Positions 11,990-22,264 of a DNA stretch of 64,000 nt are shown piece after piece. The stretch's first letter is position 1, and each line of letters starts with the position of its first letter. Below the pieces are notes generated by a model, which saw only the letters and a list, made by a program, of their open reading frames with translations, did not search any database and was not told the origin of the DNA. Made by a program: the position numbers and the translations under genes. Location: positions 10,572 to 74,571 of the forward strand of contig JAJFTF010000005.1 of the NCBI GenBank assembly GCA_021373185.1. Reading direction: 5' to 3'. The stretch comes from Betaproteobacteria bacterium (GTDB lineage Bacteria; Pseudomonadota; Gammaproteobacteria; Burkholderiales; Sulfuricellaceae).

Positions 11990-13900
11990 ATGACCATCGA
12001 AGCACATAAAGAAACGCTGGGTTTCCAGACTGAAGTTAAGCAGTTGCTGAAGCTGATGATCCATTCCTTGTACAGCAACAAGGAAATTTTTCTGCGCGAG
12101 CTGATTTCCAACGCTTCCGACGCCGCCGACAAGTTGCGCTTCGAAGGGCTCGCCGATGACGCCTTGTTTGAGGGCGACCCCAACCTGAAAATCCGCATTT
12201 CCTTCGACAAGGCGGCGCGCACCCTGACCATTTCCGACAACGGCATTGGCATGTCGCGCCAGGAAGTGATTGAGCATATCGGCACCATCGCCAAATCCGG
12301 CACGCGCCAGTTTTTCGATGCCTTGACCGGCGACCAGGCCAAAGACGCCAACCTCATCGGCCAGTTCGGCGTCGGTTTCTACTCCGCTTTTATCGTTGCC
12401 GATAAGGTGACGCTGGTCACGCGCCGCGCAGGCCTCACCGCCGAGCATGGCGTGTGCTGGGAGTCTGCCGGCGAGGGCGAATATACCCTGGAAACCATTG
12501 AGAAAACCGGCCACGGCACCGACGTGACCCTGCACTTGCGCGAAGGCGAGGACGACCTCCTCAGCAGTTGGCGCATCAAGAGCATCATCAAGAAATATTC
12601 GGATCACATCACCCTGCCCATTCTCATGCAGAAAGAAGAATGGGATGCCGAAAAGCAGGAGAGCCGCCTCACCGCAGAAGATGAAACGGTGAACCGTGCC
12701 AGTGCGCTATGGGCCAGGCCGAAGAGCGAGGTGACTGCCGAGGAGTACGAGGAATTCTACAAGCATGTGGCGCATGACTTCGAAGCGCCGCTGGCCTACA
12801 CCCACAGCAAGGTGGAGGGCAAGCAGGAATATACCCAGTTGCTCTACATTCCGGCGCGCGCGCCGTTCGACCTGTGGGACCGCGAGTCGAGCCACGGCAT
12901 CAAGCTGTACGTGCGCCGGGTGTTCATCATGGACGATGCCGAGCAACTGATGCCGCGCTACCTGCGCTTCATTCGCGGCGTGATCGATTCCAACGACTTG
13001 CCGCTCAACGTCTCGCGCGAGATTCTCCAGCACAGCAAGGATATCGACAGCATTCGCGCCGGTTCGGTCAAGAAGGTGCTCGGCCTGCTGGATGAACTTG
13101 CTGAAAATGACAAGGAAAAATTCACCAAATTCTGGGGCGAATTCGGTCGCGCGATGAAGGAAGGCGTCGGCGAAGATGCGGCCAACAAGGAGCGCATCGC
13201 CAAGCTGCTGCGCTTTGCCTCGACCCACGCCGACACCACCGAGCAGAGCGTTTCTTTTGCCGACTATATCGGTCGCATGAAGGAAGGCCAGGACAAGATT
13301 TACTACGTCACCGCCGACAGCTTCTCCGCCGCCAAGAACAGCCCGCATCTGGAAATCTTCCGTAAGAAGGGCATCGAAGTGCTGTTGCTTTCGGATCGGG
13401 TGGATGAGTGGATGCTGTCGCACCTCACCGAGTTCGACGGCAAGCCGTTGCAGTCTGTGGCCAAAGGCGAACTCGACCTCGGCAAGCTGGCCGACGAGTC
13501 CGAAAAGCAGGAGCAGGAAAAGGAAGCCGGCGAATTCAAGGCGCTGCTGGAGCAGGTCAAGGAAGTGCTGGGCGACCAGGTCAAGGAAGTGCGCATCACC
13601 CACCGCCTGACCAATTCCCCCGCCTGCCTGGTGGCCGATGAGCACGACATGGGCGGCAACCTCGCCCGCCTGCTGAAATCAGCCGGTCAGGCCGCGCCGG
13701 AGACCAAGCCGATCCTCGAAATCAACCCGCAGCACCCGATCGTGCAGAAGCTCAAGGCCGAAGCCGGCGGCGAACGCTTCGGCGACTGGAGCCACATCCT
13801 GTTCGACCAAGCGCTGCTGGCCGAAGGCGGGCAACTGGAAGACCCTGCCGCATTCGTGCAGCGGCTTAACGGCTTGCTACTGGCAATGGCGGGAAGTTAG
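11990..13900 (+). CDS. htpG: Chaperone HtpG (Hsp90)
   Basis: [28 protein letters not shown] motifs. Confidence 0.98.
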   Translation: MTIEAHKETLGFQTEVKQLLKLMIHSLYSNKEIFLRELISNASDAADKLRFEGLADDALFEGDPNLKIRISFDKAARTLTISDNGIGMSRQEVIEHIGTIAKSGTRQFFDALTGDQAKDANLIGQFGVGFYSAFIVADKVTLVTRRAGLTAEHGVCWESAGEGEYTLETIEKTGHGTDVTLHLREGEDDLLSSWRIKSIIKKYSDHITLPILMQKEEWDAEKQESRLTAEDETVNRASALWARPKSEVTAEEYEEFYKHVAHDFEAPLAYTHSKVEGKQEYTQLLYIPARAPFDLWDRESSHGIKLYVRRVFIMDDAEQLMPRYLRFIRGVIDSNDLPLNVSREILQHSKDIDSIRAGSVKKVLGLLDELAENDKEKFTKFWGEFGRAMKEGVGEDAANKERIAKLLRFASTHADTTEQSVSFADYIGRMKEGQDKIYYVTADSFSAAKNSPHLEIFRKKGIEVLLLSDRVDEWMLSHLTEFDGKPLQSVAKGELDLGKLADESEKQEQEKEAGEFKALLEQVKEVLGDQVKEVRITHRLTNSPACLVADEHDMGGNLARLLKSAGQAAPETKPILEINPQHPIVQKLKAEAGGERFGDWSHILFDQALLAEGGQLEDPAAFVQRLNGLLLAMAGS

Positions 13901-13915
13901 GCTGTTCTGTAACTG

Positions 13916-13947
13916 ATAAACAAGGGCGCTGCGGCGCCCTTGTTTAT
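13916..13947. terminator. Bidirectional intrinsic terminator
   Basis: ATAAACAAGGGCGC-tgcg-GCGCCCTTGTTTAT, 14-bp perfect stem between convergent genes. Confidence 0.8.
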
Positions 13948-13977
13948 TTGGGTGTGTGGTTGGTTTTGAGTCTTGGT

Positions 13978-13995
13978 TGGCTCGCCGGTTTGGAT
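13978..13995. repeat. Left copy of 18-bp perfect inverted repeat flanking the cyclase gene
   Basis: TGGCTCGCCGGTTTGGAT; reverse complement occurs at 15354-15371. Confidence 0.85.
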
Positions 13996-14062
13996 AATTA
14001 TGGGCAATGGATCGAGGTCATTCAAGCGTTTTGACTAGAGCGCCAAGGCAATTACTTAACAA

Positions 14063-15220
14063 TTATTTTTTTGTGGCCTTAACTGGATTGGCTTTGACTG
14101 GATTGGCTTTGACTGGATTGGCTTTGACTGGATTGGCCTTAACTGGATTGGCTTTGACTGGATTGGCCTTAACTGGATTGGCCTTAACTGGATTGGCCTT
14201 AACTGGATTGGCCTTAACTGGATTGGCCTTAACTGGATTGGCTTTAACTGGATTGGCTTTAAGCGCGTCAAATTTGGCCACATAGTGAACTGAGAAGGTT
14301 ATTACACTATCATCTGCCAACTTCTCTTTTTCGATTTCTTTCTTTGTCGCACCTAGATCAAAAATAACGCTAAATCCTTCGGCGTCGTTAGCTAATGTAT
14401 ATGGGGTAACTTCTATAGAACTCGTATGTCCGGGGTTAATCACACTTGCCCATGACATTTTTATTTTGCATTTGTCTTTTGTCAAAGGTTCGGCTGGTAA
14501 AGATATTGTGTAAGACCCTACTACATTTTTCACTTTTAAATATGTAGTTTTGATCTCCGTTTTCTCCCATTTGTACGAATTAAGTGGGTGTTTTGACGAT
14601 TCAGGAATTATTACATCTTTACTACAGAAGATCATGCGTGGCGAATCTTCAGCAATACCTCGAATATAAACACTCTCCGTGCGGAAGAGTTTTCGGATTT
14701 TTTCGGGTATGGCTCCAGCCAAAAATGCCTCGTCAATTACTATACCGCTTGGCTTCGCCAAATCATTTAATCTAGAAGCTAGATTTAATATCTGCCCGGA
14801 GTAATCAATAATTTCCTCGCCCGCAAATAAACAAAATGCTGTTCCGCGGGCAACGCCAAACCCAATTTTTGGTGGCAAAGGGAAGTTAATCATCAAGTCA
14901 TTAGTAAGCATGGCAGGGTAATCTGCAACGGCTTTAAGGCATTTGTTGAGCACTGATTCAGCCACAATAAGCAAATCGGCCTGATTGGATTTATGCTTAA
15001 AAGCCATAATAAGCCCGTCACCAGTGGGCTTAGCAAATACAGCGTCAGTAAAATAATCACTGAGCAATTTCTCATAAAACTTGGATATAAATATCGCCAT
15101 CTCTGGCGCTTCACGTTCAGTACTGAACCCGGAAAAATTACGTATATCACATACGACAATTATTACAAATTCGGAACGCCCTTCCGCATCTCTAAATTTA
15201 TTTATCAAATCATCAAGCAT
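14063..15220 (-). CDS. Class III adenylate/guanylate cyclase-family protein with C-terminal domain and (KANPV)12 tail
   Basis: VCDIRNFS, KPTGDG, GFGVARG, DYSGQILNLASRL motifs; ATG 15220 chosen (TTG 15253 is an alternative). Confidence 0.8.
   Translation of the reverse strand: MLDDLINKFRDAEGRSEFVIIVVCDIRNFSGFSTEREAPEMAIFISKFYEKLLSDYFTDAVFAKPTGDGLIMAFKHKSNQADLLIVAESVLNKCLKAVADYPAMLTNDLMINFPLPPKIGFGVARGTAFCLFAGEEIIDYSGQILNLASRLNDLAKPSGIVIDEAFLAGAIPEKIRKLFRTESVYIRGIAEDSPRMIFCSKDVIIPESSKHPLNSYKWEKTEIKTTYLKVKNVVGSYTISLPAEPLTKDKCKIKMSWASVINPGHTSSIEVTPYTLANDAEGFSVIFDLGATKKEIEKEKLADDSVITFSVHYVAKFDALKANPVKANPVKANPVKANPVKANPVKANPVKANPVKANPVKANPVKANPVKANPVKANPVKATKK
14081..14260 (-). repeat. 15-bp coding tandem repeat x12 (KANPV)
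   Basis: Unit AAR GCC AAT CCA GTY; 12 units counted by eye. Confidence 0.95.
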
Positions 15221-15353
15221 GTCGACCCTCTTAATTTGTGCATCCCCATTCAAGTAACACGAGGGGCTACGAATTCATGGAATAGATTGTAGGCGCAATT
15301 CGCTAATAACGATATGGCACATGCATTTTAATGACCTGCTGCCTAGTTTTCGA

Positions 15354-15371
15354 ATCCAAACCGGCGAGCCA
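15354..15371. repeat. Right copy of 18-bp inverted repeat
   Basis: ATCCAAACCGGCGAGCCA. Confidence 0.85.
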
Positions 15372-15400
15372 GAAATCAGCCGCGCAGTACAAATGCTGGC

Positions 15401-15940
15401 CTATTCCCGATGTGGAGAGATATCGCCGGTGTGCAGGCCGAAATCGCCGCTGCGCCGATCCTTGAAGTAGTGCTGCAAGGTTTTGCGGACGCTGGCAAAG
15501 GCCAGGTCGTTCCAGGGCAGGCTTTCTTCGCTGAATAGTTCCACTTCCAGGCTTTCGCTGCCGGGCGTGAAGTTGAGGTCGAGCAGGCGGCTGCGGTAGA
15601 ACATGTGCACCTGGCTGATGTGCGGCAGGTTGTAGAGGGTGTACAGGGCGATGATTTCAACGCGGGCGTTGGCTTCTTCCGCTGTTTCACGTATCGCGCC
15701 ATGGGCGGTAGTCTCGTGGTTTTCCATGAAACCGGCGGGGAGTGTCCACAGGCCGTGGCGCGGCTCGATGGCGCGGCGGCACAGCAGTATCTTGTCTTCC
15801 CACTCCGGGATCGCGCCCACCACGATCTTGGGGTTTTCATAGTGGACGGTGCCGCAAGCATCGCAGACATAGCGCGGCAAGTGATCTCCGGGCTGGGCTT
15901 TCAGTTCGACTTTCGCGCCGCAATGGCTGCAATAATTCAT
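15401..15940 (-). CDS. NUDIX hydrolase with N-terminal zinc ribbon
   Basis: CSHCG...CDACG; LPAGFMENHET...RETAEEA Nudix box. Confidence 0.9.
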   Translation of the reverse strand: MNYCSHCGAKVELKAQPGDHLPRYVCDACGTVHYENPKIVVGAIPEWEDKILLCRRAIEPRHGLWTLPAGFMENHETTAHGAIRETAEEANARVEIIALYTLYNLPHISQVHMFYRSRLLDLNFTPGSESLEVELFSEESLPWNDLAFASVRKTLQHYFKDRRSGDFGLHTGDISPHRE

Positions 15941-16344
15941 CTGGGAACGTTACCAAAAATAGCGGTAAATGGGTAGCGGCAGGCGCTTTGCAACTTCATG
16001 CACATTTGCAGTGGATAACTTTGTTGAAAACTTGTATGAATAGCGCTTAAGTGCATTGCCAGTAAGGAAAATAGTTAGCAAGGTTAAAAATTGTGCTAAA
16101 AAATTATTCAATAAAAACATATGGATAGTTAAATACACACTGGCATCATGGAGTTAGCGGCCAATGTATAACCATCCTCTCCAAAATGTGCATTAATTGC
16201 CACATACAGGCATGTCCTCATCATGGTTAATGCCCTAATCGGTAAGCATTTTATAGATGCGGGTAAATTTATTCCAATTGGGGCCGATATAAATAGACGA
16301 CCTGCCAAAATCAGGAAAACCATGTTGTCTGGGCGTTATTACAA

Positions 16345-16962
16345 TTGAAAAATAAAATTTTTACGATTCTCGCGTTTCCCGGCGATCTTCCCGGTCAGTT
16401 TGCACTGACGGCGGCATTGCTGTGTTTTTCGCTTGGCGCGGAGTCTGCTGCGTGGTCAACCGTGGCGACCAGCGAGAAAATGCGCATCGAGATCGATATG
16501 ACCAGTTTTATGCGTCAGGGCGGCATTGTGACGGCCTGGGACAGGGAGGTTTATTCTGCCGCCGAGCAGGCGAGACCGGGTGATTTCTACTTCAAATCGT
16601 CAAAGTCGCTGGTTCGCTATGGGTGCGATTCCCGCCTTGCGGAGCTGGTGATGAAGGTTTATTACGCCGAGGATGGCAGCGAGATCAAGGTTGTCACTGC
16701 CGAAAACTATGGCAGGCCGAATTATGTCATTCCCGATACCGAGGGCGAGCGGAAATTCGAGTTTGTCTGCAACTACAAGAAGGTCGAGAAAGAAAAACCG
16801 ATTGTCGTTGCCAAGAAGAAAGTGAAATCGAAAGAGCCCGACAAGGCCGAGGCCGAAAAAGCCGCAGCAGCAAAGGCGGCTGAAGAAAAAGCCAAAATGG
16901 CCAAGCCGCCACTTACGGGCAGGGCGATTCCCCGGTATCTTCCTTACCGCAAAACGAATTAA
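16345..16962 (+). CDS. Exported protein, surface-adhesin-E-like domain plus Lys/Ala-rich tail
   Basis: Signal-like N-terminus, WD...YxC...YYxEDG pattern; family call from memory; start uncertain. Confidence 0.55.
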   Translation: MKNKIFTILAFPGDLPGQFALTAALLCFSLGAESAAWSTVATSEKMRIEIDMTSFMRQGGIVTAWDREVYSAAEQARPGDFYFKSSKSLVRYGCDSRLAELVMKVYYAEDGSEIKVVTAENYGRPNYVIPDTEGERKFEFVCNYKKVEKEKPIVVAKKKVKSKEPDKAEAEKAAAAKAAEEKAKMAKPPLTGRAIPRYLPYRKTN

Positions 16963-17786
16963 CTCCGGTTTGCGGCAGAGGGCGCGCAGTCTTGCGGCAG
17001 CAAGGCCGTTGTTTTCCCTGTGGCATAGTAGGCCGCCAGTCCTATCCATTCCCTGATTGCCATCGCCATTCCGCCAAGATGGCCTGCCAGGTTGAGGTCG
17101 ATGTGCAGAAGGTTGCCGGGCCGCGTGTGGTGATCCACCGGATAGGGGATCACCGGCCATTCCGCCTGGCAGAAGATGCCGGCTGAACGCGGCATGTGGA
17201 AAGCCGAAGTAATCAAAATCCAGTTTTGTCCCGGAGCGGGTTTGACCAGCGCCTTGCTCAGTACCGCGTTTTCAAAAGTGTTTCTGGCCTCGCGCTCGAA
17301 AACGATGCGCGAGACGTCCAGCCCCATTTGTGCGGACAGCCTTTTGGCTACATCCGCCCCTTTGCTTGCCTGGTTCACCATGCTGCTGCTGCCGCCGGTG
17401 AATACCAGTTGCGCTTTCGGGTATTGCCTTGCCAGTGCCTGGAACGCCAGCAGGCGCTCCGCACCGTCGCCCAGCTCAACCTGATTCCATGCGGCGGAAA
17501 GGTCGGCATCCTCGGCGCCGCTCAACACGATGATTCCGTCGATTTTCTGTGGCAAGGCGGGGTTGGCGGGAAACCTTTTTTCCAGCGGATAGAGCATCCA
17601 TTCGCCAACGGGGAAGAGCGCCACGATCAGCATGGCGATGGCGACAAAACCCAGCAAGCGTTTTGCCATCCGGTTTTTTCCGCGCCATAGCAGCAGCCAG
17701 ACAACAAGAACCAGGATCAGCAGCAGGCTGTCCGGGGCGATGACCAGCCACGCCAGCTTGGATAGCCAGAAGAAAACCGAATTCAT
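16959..17786 (-). CDS. YdcF/ElyC-like DUF218 protein
   Basis: IIVLSG, VFTGG, ARNTFENA, LITSAFHMPRS motifs. Confidence 0.9.
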   Translation of the reverse strand: MNSVFFWLSKLAWLVIAPDSLLLILVLVVWLLLWRGKNRMAKRLLGFVAIAMLIVALFPVGEWMLYPLEKRFPANPALPQKIDGIIVLSGAEDADLSAAWNQVELGDGAERLLAFQALARQYPKAQLVFTGGSSSMVNQASKGADVAKRLSAQMGLDVSRIVFEREARNTFENAVLSKALVKPAPGQNWILITSAFHMPRSAGIFCQAEWPVIPYPVDHHTRPGNLLHIDLNLAGHLGGMAMAIREWIGLAAYYATGKTTALLPQDCAPSAANRS

Positions 17787-17789
17787 TCT

Positions 17790-18317
17790 TCAGCGTTCCA
17801 GCGGGTGGCTGAATCCGTCATGCGGCGATCCTGCCTCCCGGTACAGGGTGTGGTTGGTTTTCAGGCGGTTCTCAAGAAATTCCTCGTCTCCCGGCTTGAA
17901 CCTGAGAAATTGCAGGCCGATCCGAAACGCGTTTTTCGAAAGTATGGTGTAAACCATGCGGCCCTTGATTTCGAGGATTCTTTTGGTTTGTTTGGCGTTG
18001 AGTGGCGGAACCATCAGGAACAAAGTCACAGTGCCTTTGTGAAAGATGTTGCGGTCGCAGTAGATGCTGATGCCGCCCATGGAAATGTCGTTGCCCTTGC
18101 CGTAAAAGGTGTCCTTGCCTTTGTCGTTTTCGAACACGATGGCCATGCGCCACCTGACCAGATAACGCTCTTGCTGGCGCATGCTGGCATGAGACTCGGG
18201 AGGTTCATCAGGTTTGAGGATGGGGCGGGCATCGGCTTCATTGCACACCTCCTTGGTCAGGATTTCCAGTGCATCAAAGCGTTCTTCGACGAATCCGTTA
18301 TTGCTGGTTTGATTCAT
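17790..18317 (-). CDS. PilZ-domain protein
   Basis: RQQERY (RxxxR) and DISMGG (DxSxGG) motifs; GLQF end. Confidence 0.85.
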   Translation of the reverse strand: MNQTSNNGFVEERFDALEILTKEVCNEADARPILKPDEPPESHASMRQQERYLVRWRMAIVFENDKGKDTFYGKGNDISMGGISIYCDRNIFHKGTVTLFLMVPPLNAKQTKRILEIKGRMVYTILSKNAFRIGLQFLRFKPGDEEFLENRLKTNHTLYREAGSPHDGFSHPLER

Positions 18318-18384
18318 GGTGCAGGATTCTCAGGGGTGGGGCCGATATTGTCGGCGATTTACTTTGGCAAGGCGTTGAAATAAA

Positions 18385-18460
18385 TGGTGCCCCAGAGACG
18401 AATCGAACGTCCGACCTACCCCTTAGGAGGGGGTCGCTCTATCCACTGAGCTACTGGGGC
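18385..18460 (-). tRNA. tRNA-Arg (CCT)
   Basis: Full cloverleaf: GCCCCAG acceptor, ACCCC-CTCCTAA-GGGGT anticodon arm, TTCGATT T-loop, encoded CCA. Confidence 0.97.
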
Positions 18461-18595
18461 GATGCGGCATTTTACACGGGTTGGCTCCGGCTTGGGAGTG
18501 TCGGGCGATCCAGGCGCCTGTTCACGGGAATTTTTGCCGGTATTGTCCTATGCTTAGAGAAGATAAACACTAGTGGCGCCAGACGAAGCAGGCCA

Positions 18596-21124
18596 ATGGA
18601 AACGCCCTCAGGACACCCGTTTTTAAGACATCTTCCCGAAGAAATCGCAGGGTTGGCCGATCTCAGCCTTGATCTGGTCTGGACTTGGAGCCATGCGGCA
18701 GACCTTTTGTGGAAAGAGATGGCGCCCGCAGTCTGGGCGCAAACCCGCAATCCGTGGCTGATCCTGCAGAGCATTTCGCAAAAACATCTGGAGCAGTTGG
18801 CCAAGGACAGGAAATTTCGCGCCAGGATCGGGCAATTGATGCAGGCGCGGCACGATTATTCTTCGGCGCAAACCTGGTTTGGCAGCGTACACCCGGATAG
18901 CGATGTACTGGTCGCCTATTTCAGCATGGAATATGGCTTGGCGGAAGCGCTGCCGCTTTATTCCGGCGGATTGGGCGTGCTCGCCGGCGATCACCTGAAA
19001 ACCGCCAGCGATCTGGGCGTGCCGCTGGTTGCGGTGGGGCTTTTGTATCAGGAAGGCTATTTTCGCCAGATGCTCGATGCCCGTGGCCGGCAGCTTGAAA
19101 TCTATCCCTACAACATGCCCGCCAACATGCCGATCACTCCGGTGCGCGATGCCGATGGCGGCTGGCTCGGCGTGCCGATTGAACTGCCGGGGCGGACGCT
19201 GATTTTGCGTGCCTGGCAGGCGCAGGTGGGAAGGGTGAACCTGTACCTGCTGGACAGCAACGATCCGATGAACAGCCCCGCCGACCGCGGCATCACCGGC
19301 AAGCTGTATGGCGGCGGCGTGGAGATGCGTCTGGTGCAGGAGATCGTGCTCGGCGTCGGCGGCTGGCGGGTTCTCGGCGCGCTTGGCCTGCGCCCGGATG
19401 TCTGCCACCTCAACGAGGGTCACGCTGCCCTGGTGACGCTTGAACGGGCGCGGCAATTCATGCAGGACAATAATATCGATTTCCGGGAGGCGCTCTGGGC
19501 AACCCGCGCCGGCAACATATTTACCACTCACACTCCGGTTGCCGCTGCCTTCGATACTTTCCCGCTGGCCTTGCTGGCTGAGTATGGCGCGACGCATTAC
19601 GCCACGCAAATGGGCATTTCGCCGCAGGAACTGCTGGCCTTGGGCCGAAAGCATGCCGAAGCCGACGGCGAGTCGTTCAACATGGCTTATCTGGCCGCGC
19701 GCACCTGTGGCATGATCAACGGCGTGAGCCAACTGCACGGCACCGTCAGCCGCCGTATTTTTCAGGAGTTGTATCCGGGTTGGCCGCAGCGCGAGGTGCC
19801 CGTCGGCTATGTCACCAACGGCGTGCATGTTTCCTCATGGGATTCGTCCTGGGCGGACAAGATATGGACCGGCACCTGCGGCAAGGATCGCTGGCTGGGC
19901 ATGCCGGAAAAACTGTCATGCGCCATTCAGGCGTTGAGCGATGAGGCATTGTGGACCTTTCGCGCCGAGGAGCGGAGTGACCTGGTGCATTACGCGCGCC
20001 ACCGGCTGGCGCGCCAGCTCGGCCAGCGCGGCGAGGGCGCGGAAGCCATCGCGCAGGCCGGCGATATTCTGGACCCGAACGTACTCACGCTCGGCTTCGC
20101 CCGGCGTTTTACCGAATACAAACGGCCCAACCTGCTGCTGCACGATGCCGAGCGGCTGGCGCGCCTGCTCGCCGATCAGGTACGCCCGGTGCAGTTGATC
20201 GTCGCCGGCAAGGCCCATCCCCTGGACGAAACCGGCAAGCGGTTTATTCAAGCGTGGACGGAATTCTCGCGCCGCCCGGTGGTTCGTGCGCATGTGGTGT
20301 TTCTGGAAGATTACGACATGCATCTTGCGCAGGAGATGGTGCAAGGCGTGGATGTGTGGATCAATACCCCGCGCCGGCCATGGGAAGCCAGCGGCACCTC
20401 CGGTATGAAAGTGCTGGTCAATGGCGGCCTTAACCTTTCCGAACTGGACGGCTGGTGGGCCGAAGCCTACTCGCCGGAGGTCGGCTGGGCGCTGGGCGAT
20501 GGCATGGAACATGCCGAACCGGAATGGGACGATGAAGAAGCCGAACAGCTTTATCGCCTGCTGGAGCAGGAAATCGTGCCGATGTTTTATCGCCGCGATG
20601 CGCAGGGCATTCCGCGCGAGTGGACGGCGCGCATGCGCGCCAGCATGTCCCGGCTTGCGCCGCAGTTCAGCAGCAACCGCATGCTGCAGGATTATGTGCG
20701 TGACGCCTATCTTCCTGCGGCTGCAGCATACCGGCGGCGCAGTGCAGGCGGCGGCAGCCTGGCAAAAGATCTGGCCGCCTGGGAATTCAGCGTCAAGCGG
20801 CATTGGCACGAAATCCATCTGTCGAACATGGAAGTGCAGCCACGACCCGGCGGGTGGTTCTTTACGCTGCAGGTCTATCTGGGGGAGATCCCACCGGAAT
20901 TTGTGCGGGTGCAAATGTATGCCGATTCGCCGGACGATGATGCGGTGGCGGTGCAGGAAATGGAATGCCAGGCGGATATACCGGGTTCAATTCGTGGCTA
21001 CATCTACCGATGTTTTATCGCTACCGAGCGGCCTGTCGTCGATTTTACGCCACGGGTCATCGCCTGGCATCGGGAGGCCCGCATTCCGTCCGAGGTCAAT
21101 CTCATTCACTGGTTTTCAGATTGA
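18596..21124 (+). CDS. glgP: Alpha-glucan (glycogen) phosphorylase
   Basis: YSGGLGVLAGD, HLNEGH, FARRFTEYKR, EASGTSGMK PLP motif; ORF track start overlaps the tRNA, so ATG 18596 chosen. Confidence 0.95.
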   Translation: METPSGHPFLRHLPEEIAGLADLSLDLVWTWSHAADLLWKEMAPAVWAQTRNPWLILQSISQKHLEQLAKDRKFRARIGQLMQARHDYSSAQTWFGSVHPDSDVLVAYFSMEYGLAEALPLYSGGLGVLAGDHLKTASDLGVPLVAVGLLYQEGYFRQMLDARGRQLEIYPYNMPANMPITPVRDADGGWLGVPIELPGRTLILRAWQAQVGRVNLYLLDSNDPMNSPADRGITGKLYGGGVEMRLVQEIVLGVGGWRVLGALGLRPDVCHLNEGHAALVTLERARQFMQDNNIDFREALWATRAGNIFTTHTPVAAAFDTFPLALLAEYGATHYATQMGISPQELLALGRKHAEADGESFNMAYLAARTCGMINGVSQLHGTVSRRIFQELYPGWPQREVPVGYVTNGVHVSSWDSSWADKIWTGTCGKDRWLGMPEKLSCAIQALSDEALWTFRAEERSDLVHYARHRLARQLGQRGEGAEAIAQAGDILDPNVLTLGFARRFTEYKRPNLLLHDAERLARLLADQVRPVQLIVAGKAHPLDETGKRFIQAWTEFSRRPVVRAHVVFLEDYDMHLAQEMVQGVDVWINTPRRPWEASGTSGMKVLVNGGLNLSELDGWWAEAYSPEVGWALGDGMEHAEPEWDDEEAEQLYRLLEQEIVPMFYRRDAQGIPREWTARMRASMSRLAPQFSSNRMLQDYVRDAYLPAAAAYRRRSAGGGSLAKDLAAWEFSVKRHWHEIHLSNMEVQPRPGGWFFTLQVYLGEIPPEFVRVQMYADSPDDDAVAVQEMECQADIPGSIRGYIYRCFIATERPVVDFTPRVIAWHREARIPSEVNLIHWFSD

Positions 21125-21178
21125 CCTTAACCATTGCGATGACGGAGTGAGATAGCCGTTTTGCGCTAAAATTACCGG

Positions 21179-22030
21179 ATGAAAAAAGACGATTGCGGCA
21201 GCCCGTTTGCGCCGGGACGAAAAGGATATATCCGGTTCTGCGATATTCCGTCCGAACTGATCGCGCTTCTCAATCATGGAAAAATCGAAACGGCGACCCT
21301 GACCGAGCAGGCCTCGATGGATTTCGCCATTGTGCTGCGAGAGGCATTGCGCGACTGGTCGGGCGATACGGCAGCGCTGGCACGCGAGGTAGCGGGGCAG
21401 GATTTTTCCCGGCAGGGGCTGGTGAAGCGCATGGAACTGGCCGGCAGGGCGTTGGGCGAGAGCGGCGCATTCGGCAATGCGCCGGCGTTGCAACAGCTAA
21501 CCGCGCACCCGGTCGATACGGTGCGGGGATTTGCCTGCTTTGCCATTGCCCTGCATCCGGGGCTGGAATTCGCGGAAAAATTCACGGCGATCAGGCCGCT
21601 GGCCGCCGACCGCCATTTTGGCGTGCGCGAATGGGCGTGGCTGGCGTTGCGACCGGCTGTCGCCGCTGCCCCGCTCGATGCCATCGCCCTGCTGAACGGC
21701 TGGGTGTCGGAAGCGGACGCCAACCTGCGCCGTTTCGCGGTGGAGATTACGCGGCCACGCGGGGTGTGGGCGAAGCACATTCCGTTGCTGCAGGCGGAGC
21801 CTTGGCGCGGCCTGCCGTTGCTTGAGCCGTGCCGCCGCGATGCAGCGCGTTATGTTCAGGATTCCGTGGCCAACTGGCTGAACGACGCCGCCAGGAGCCA
21901 ACCGGACTGGGTCGAAGCATTGTGCCGGGAGTGGTTCGGCGATAATTCCGATGACAAGGCATGTCGTTATATTTCACGGCGGGCGCAGCGTAATTTAAAC
22001 TTAACAAAAGGCAGTTCAGCCACGGATTGA
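21179..22030 (+). CDS. DNA alkylation repair protein (AlkD-like HEAT repeat)
   Basis: HFGVREWAW, RRFAVEITRPRGVW, YVQDSVANWLND motifs. Confidence 0.8.
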   Translation: MKKDDCGSPFAPGRKGYIRFCDIPSELIALLNHGKIETATLTEQASMDFAIVLREALRDWSGDTAALAREVAGQDFSRQGLVKRMELAGRALGESGAFGNAPALQQLTAHPVDTVRGFACFAIALHPGLEFAEKFTAIRPLAADRHFGVREWAWLALRPAVAAAPLDAIALLNGWVSEADANLRRFAVEITRPRGVWAKHIPLLQAEPWRGLPLLEPCRRDAARYVQDSVANWLNDAARSQPDWVEALCREWFGDNSDDKACRYISRRAQRNLNLTKGSSATD

Positions 22031-22166
22031 CACAGATGTACACGGATTATCAATGGATGGGCCTTCTCGTTGTAATCGCTTTTCAGGCGAGCAGAAAACC
22101 TTTGGCAACACCATTTGTTTTATCTGTGTGAATCCGTGTACATCTGTGGATAAAAGCAGTTTTTAA
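22006..22166. repeat. CCACGGAT/ATCTGTGG inverted-repeat element (short form)
   Basis: Left arm gccacggattgacacagatgtacacggatt and right arm aatccgtgtacatctgtggataaaagc share an 18-bp exact inverted match. Confidence 0.85.
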
Positions 22167-22264
22167 AACAGGCCGGACAAGCGATAGCAAAACGGTAGCC
22201 CGGCGCGCTGTGATAAAATTACGCATTGGGTTGTTCCGCTGGAATTTTTTGGGGAGTTTGAAAC

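Noticed and set aside
14081-14260. CRISPR-like appearance of regular repeats
   Set aside because: The units are contiguous 15-mers with no spacers, and there are no cas genes. No CRISPR array was seen anywhere in the window.
14007-14285. Plus-strand ORF with (LTGLA)n and alternative minus-frame ORF (PIQLR)n
   Set aside because: These are shadows of the 15-bp repeat. Only the KANPV frame is continuous with a real domain and keeps all variation silent.
15941-16344. AT-rich 400-bp stretch with short ORFs (15950-16138, 16129-16323)
   Set aside because: No recognisable motifs or repeats; most simply explained as a divergent promoter region.
18269-18595. N-terminal extension of glgP in the ORF track
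   Set aside because: It overlaps tRNA-Arg and the PilZ gene; the real start is probably ATG 18596.
22145-22153. Perfect DnaA box TGTGGATAA (near-matches at about 22670 and 33892)
   Set aside because: The boxes are isolated and part of the repeat arm; there is no cluster, DUE or oriC-type gene context.
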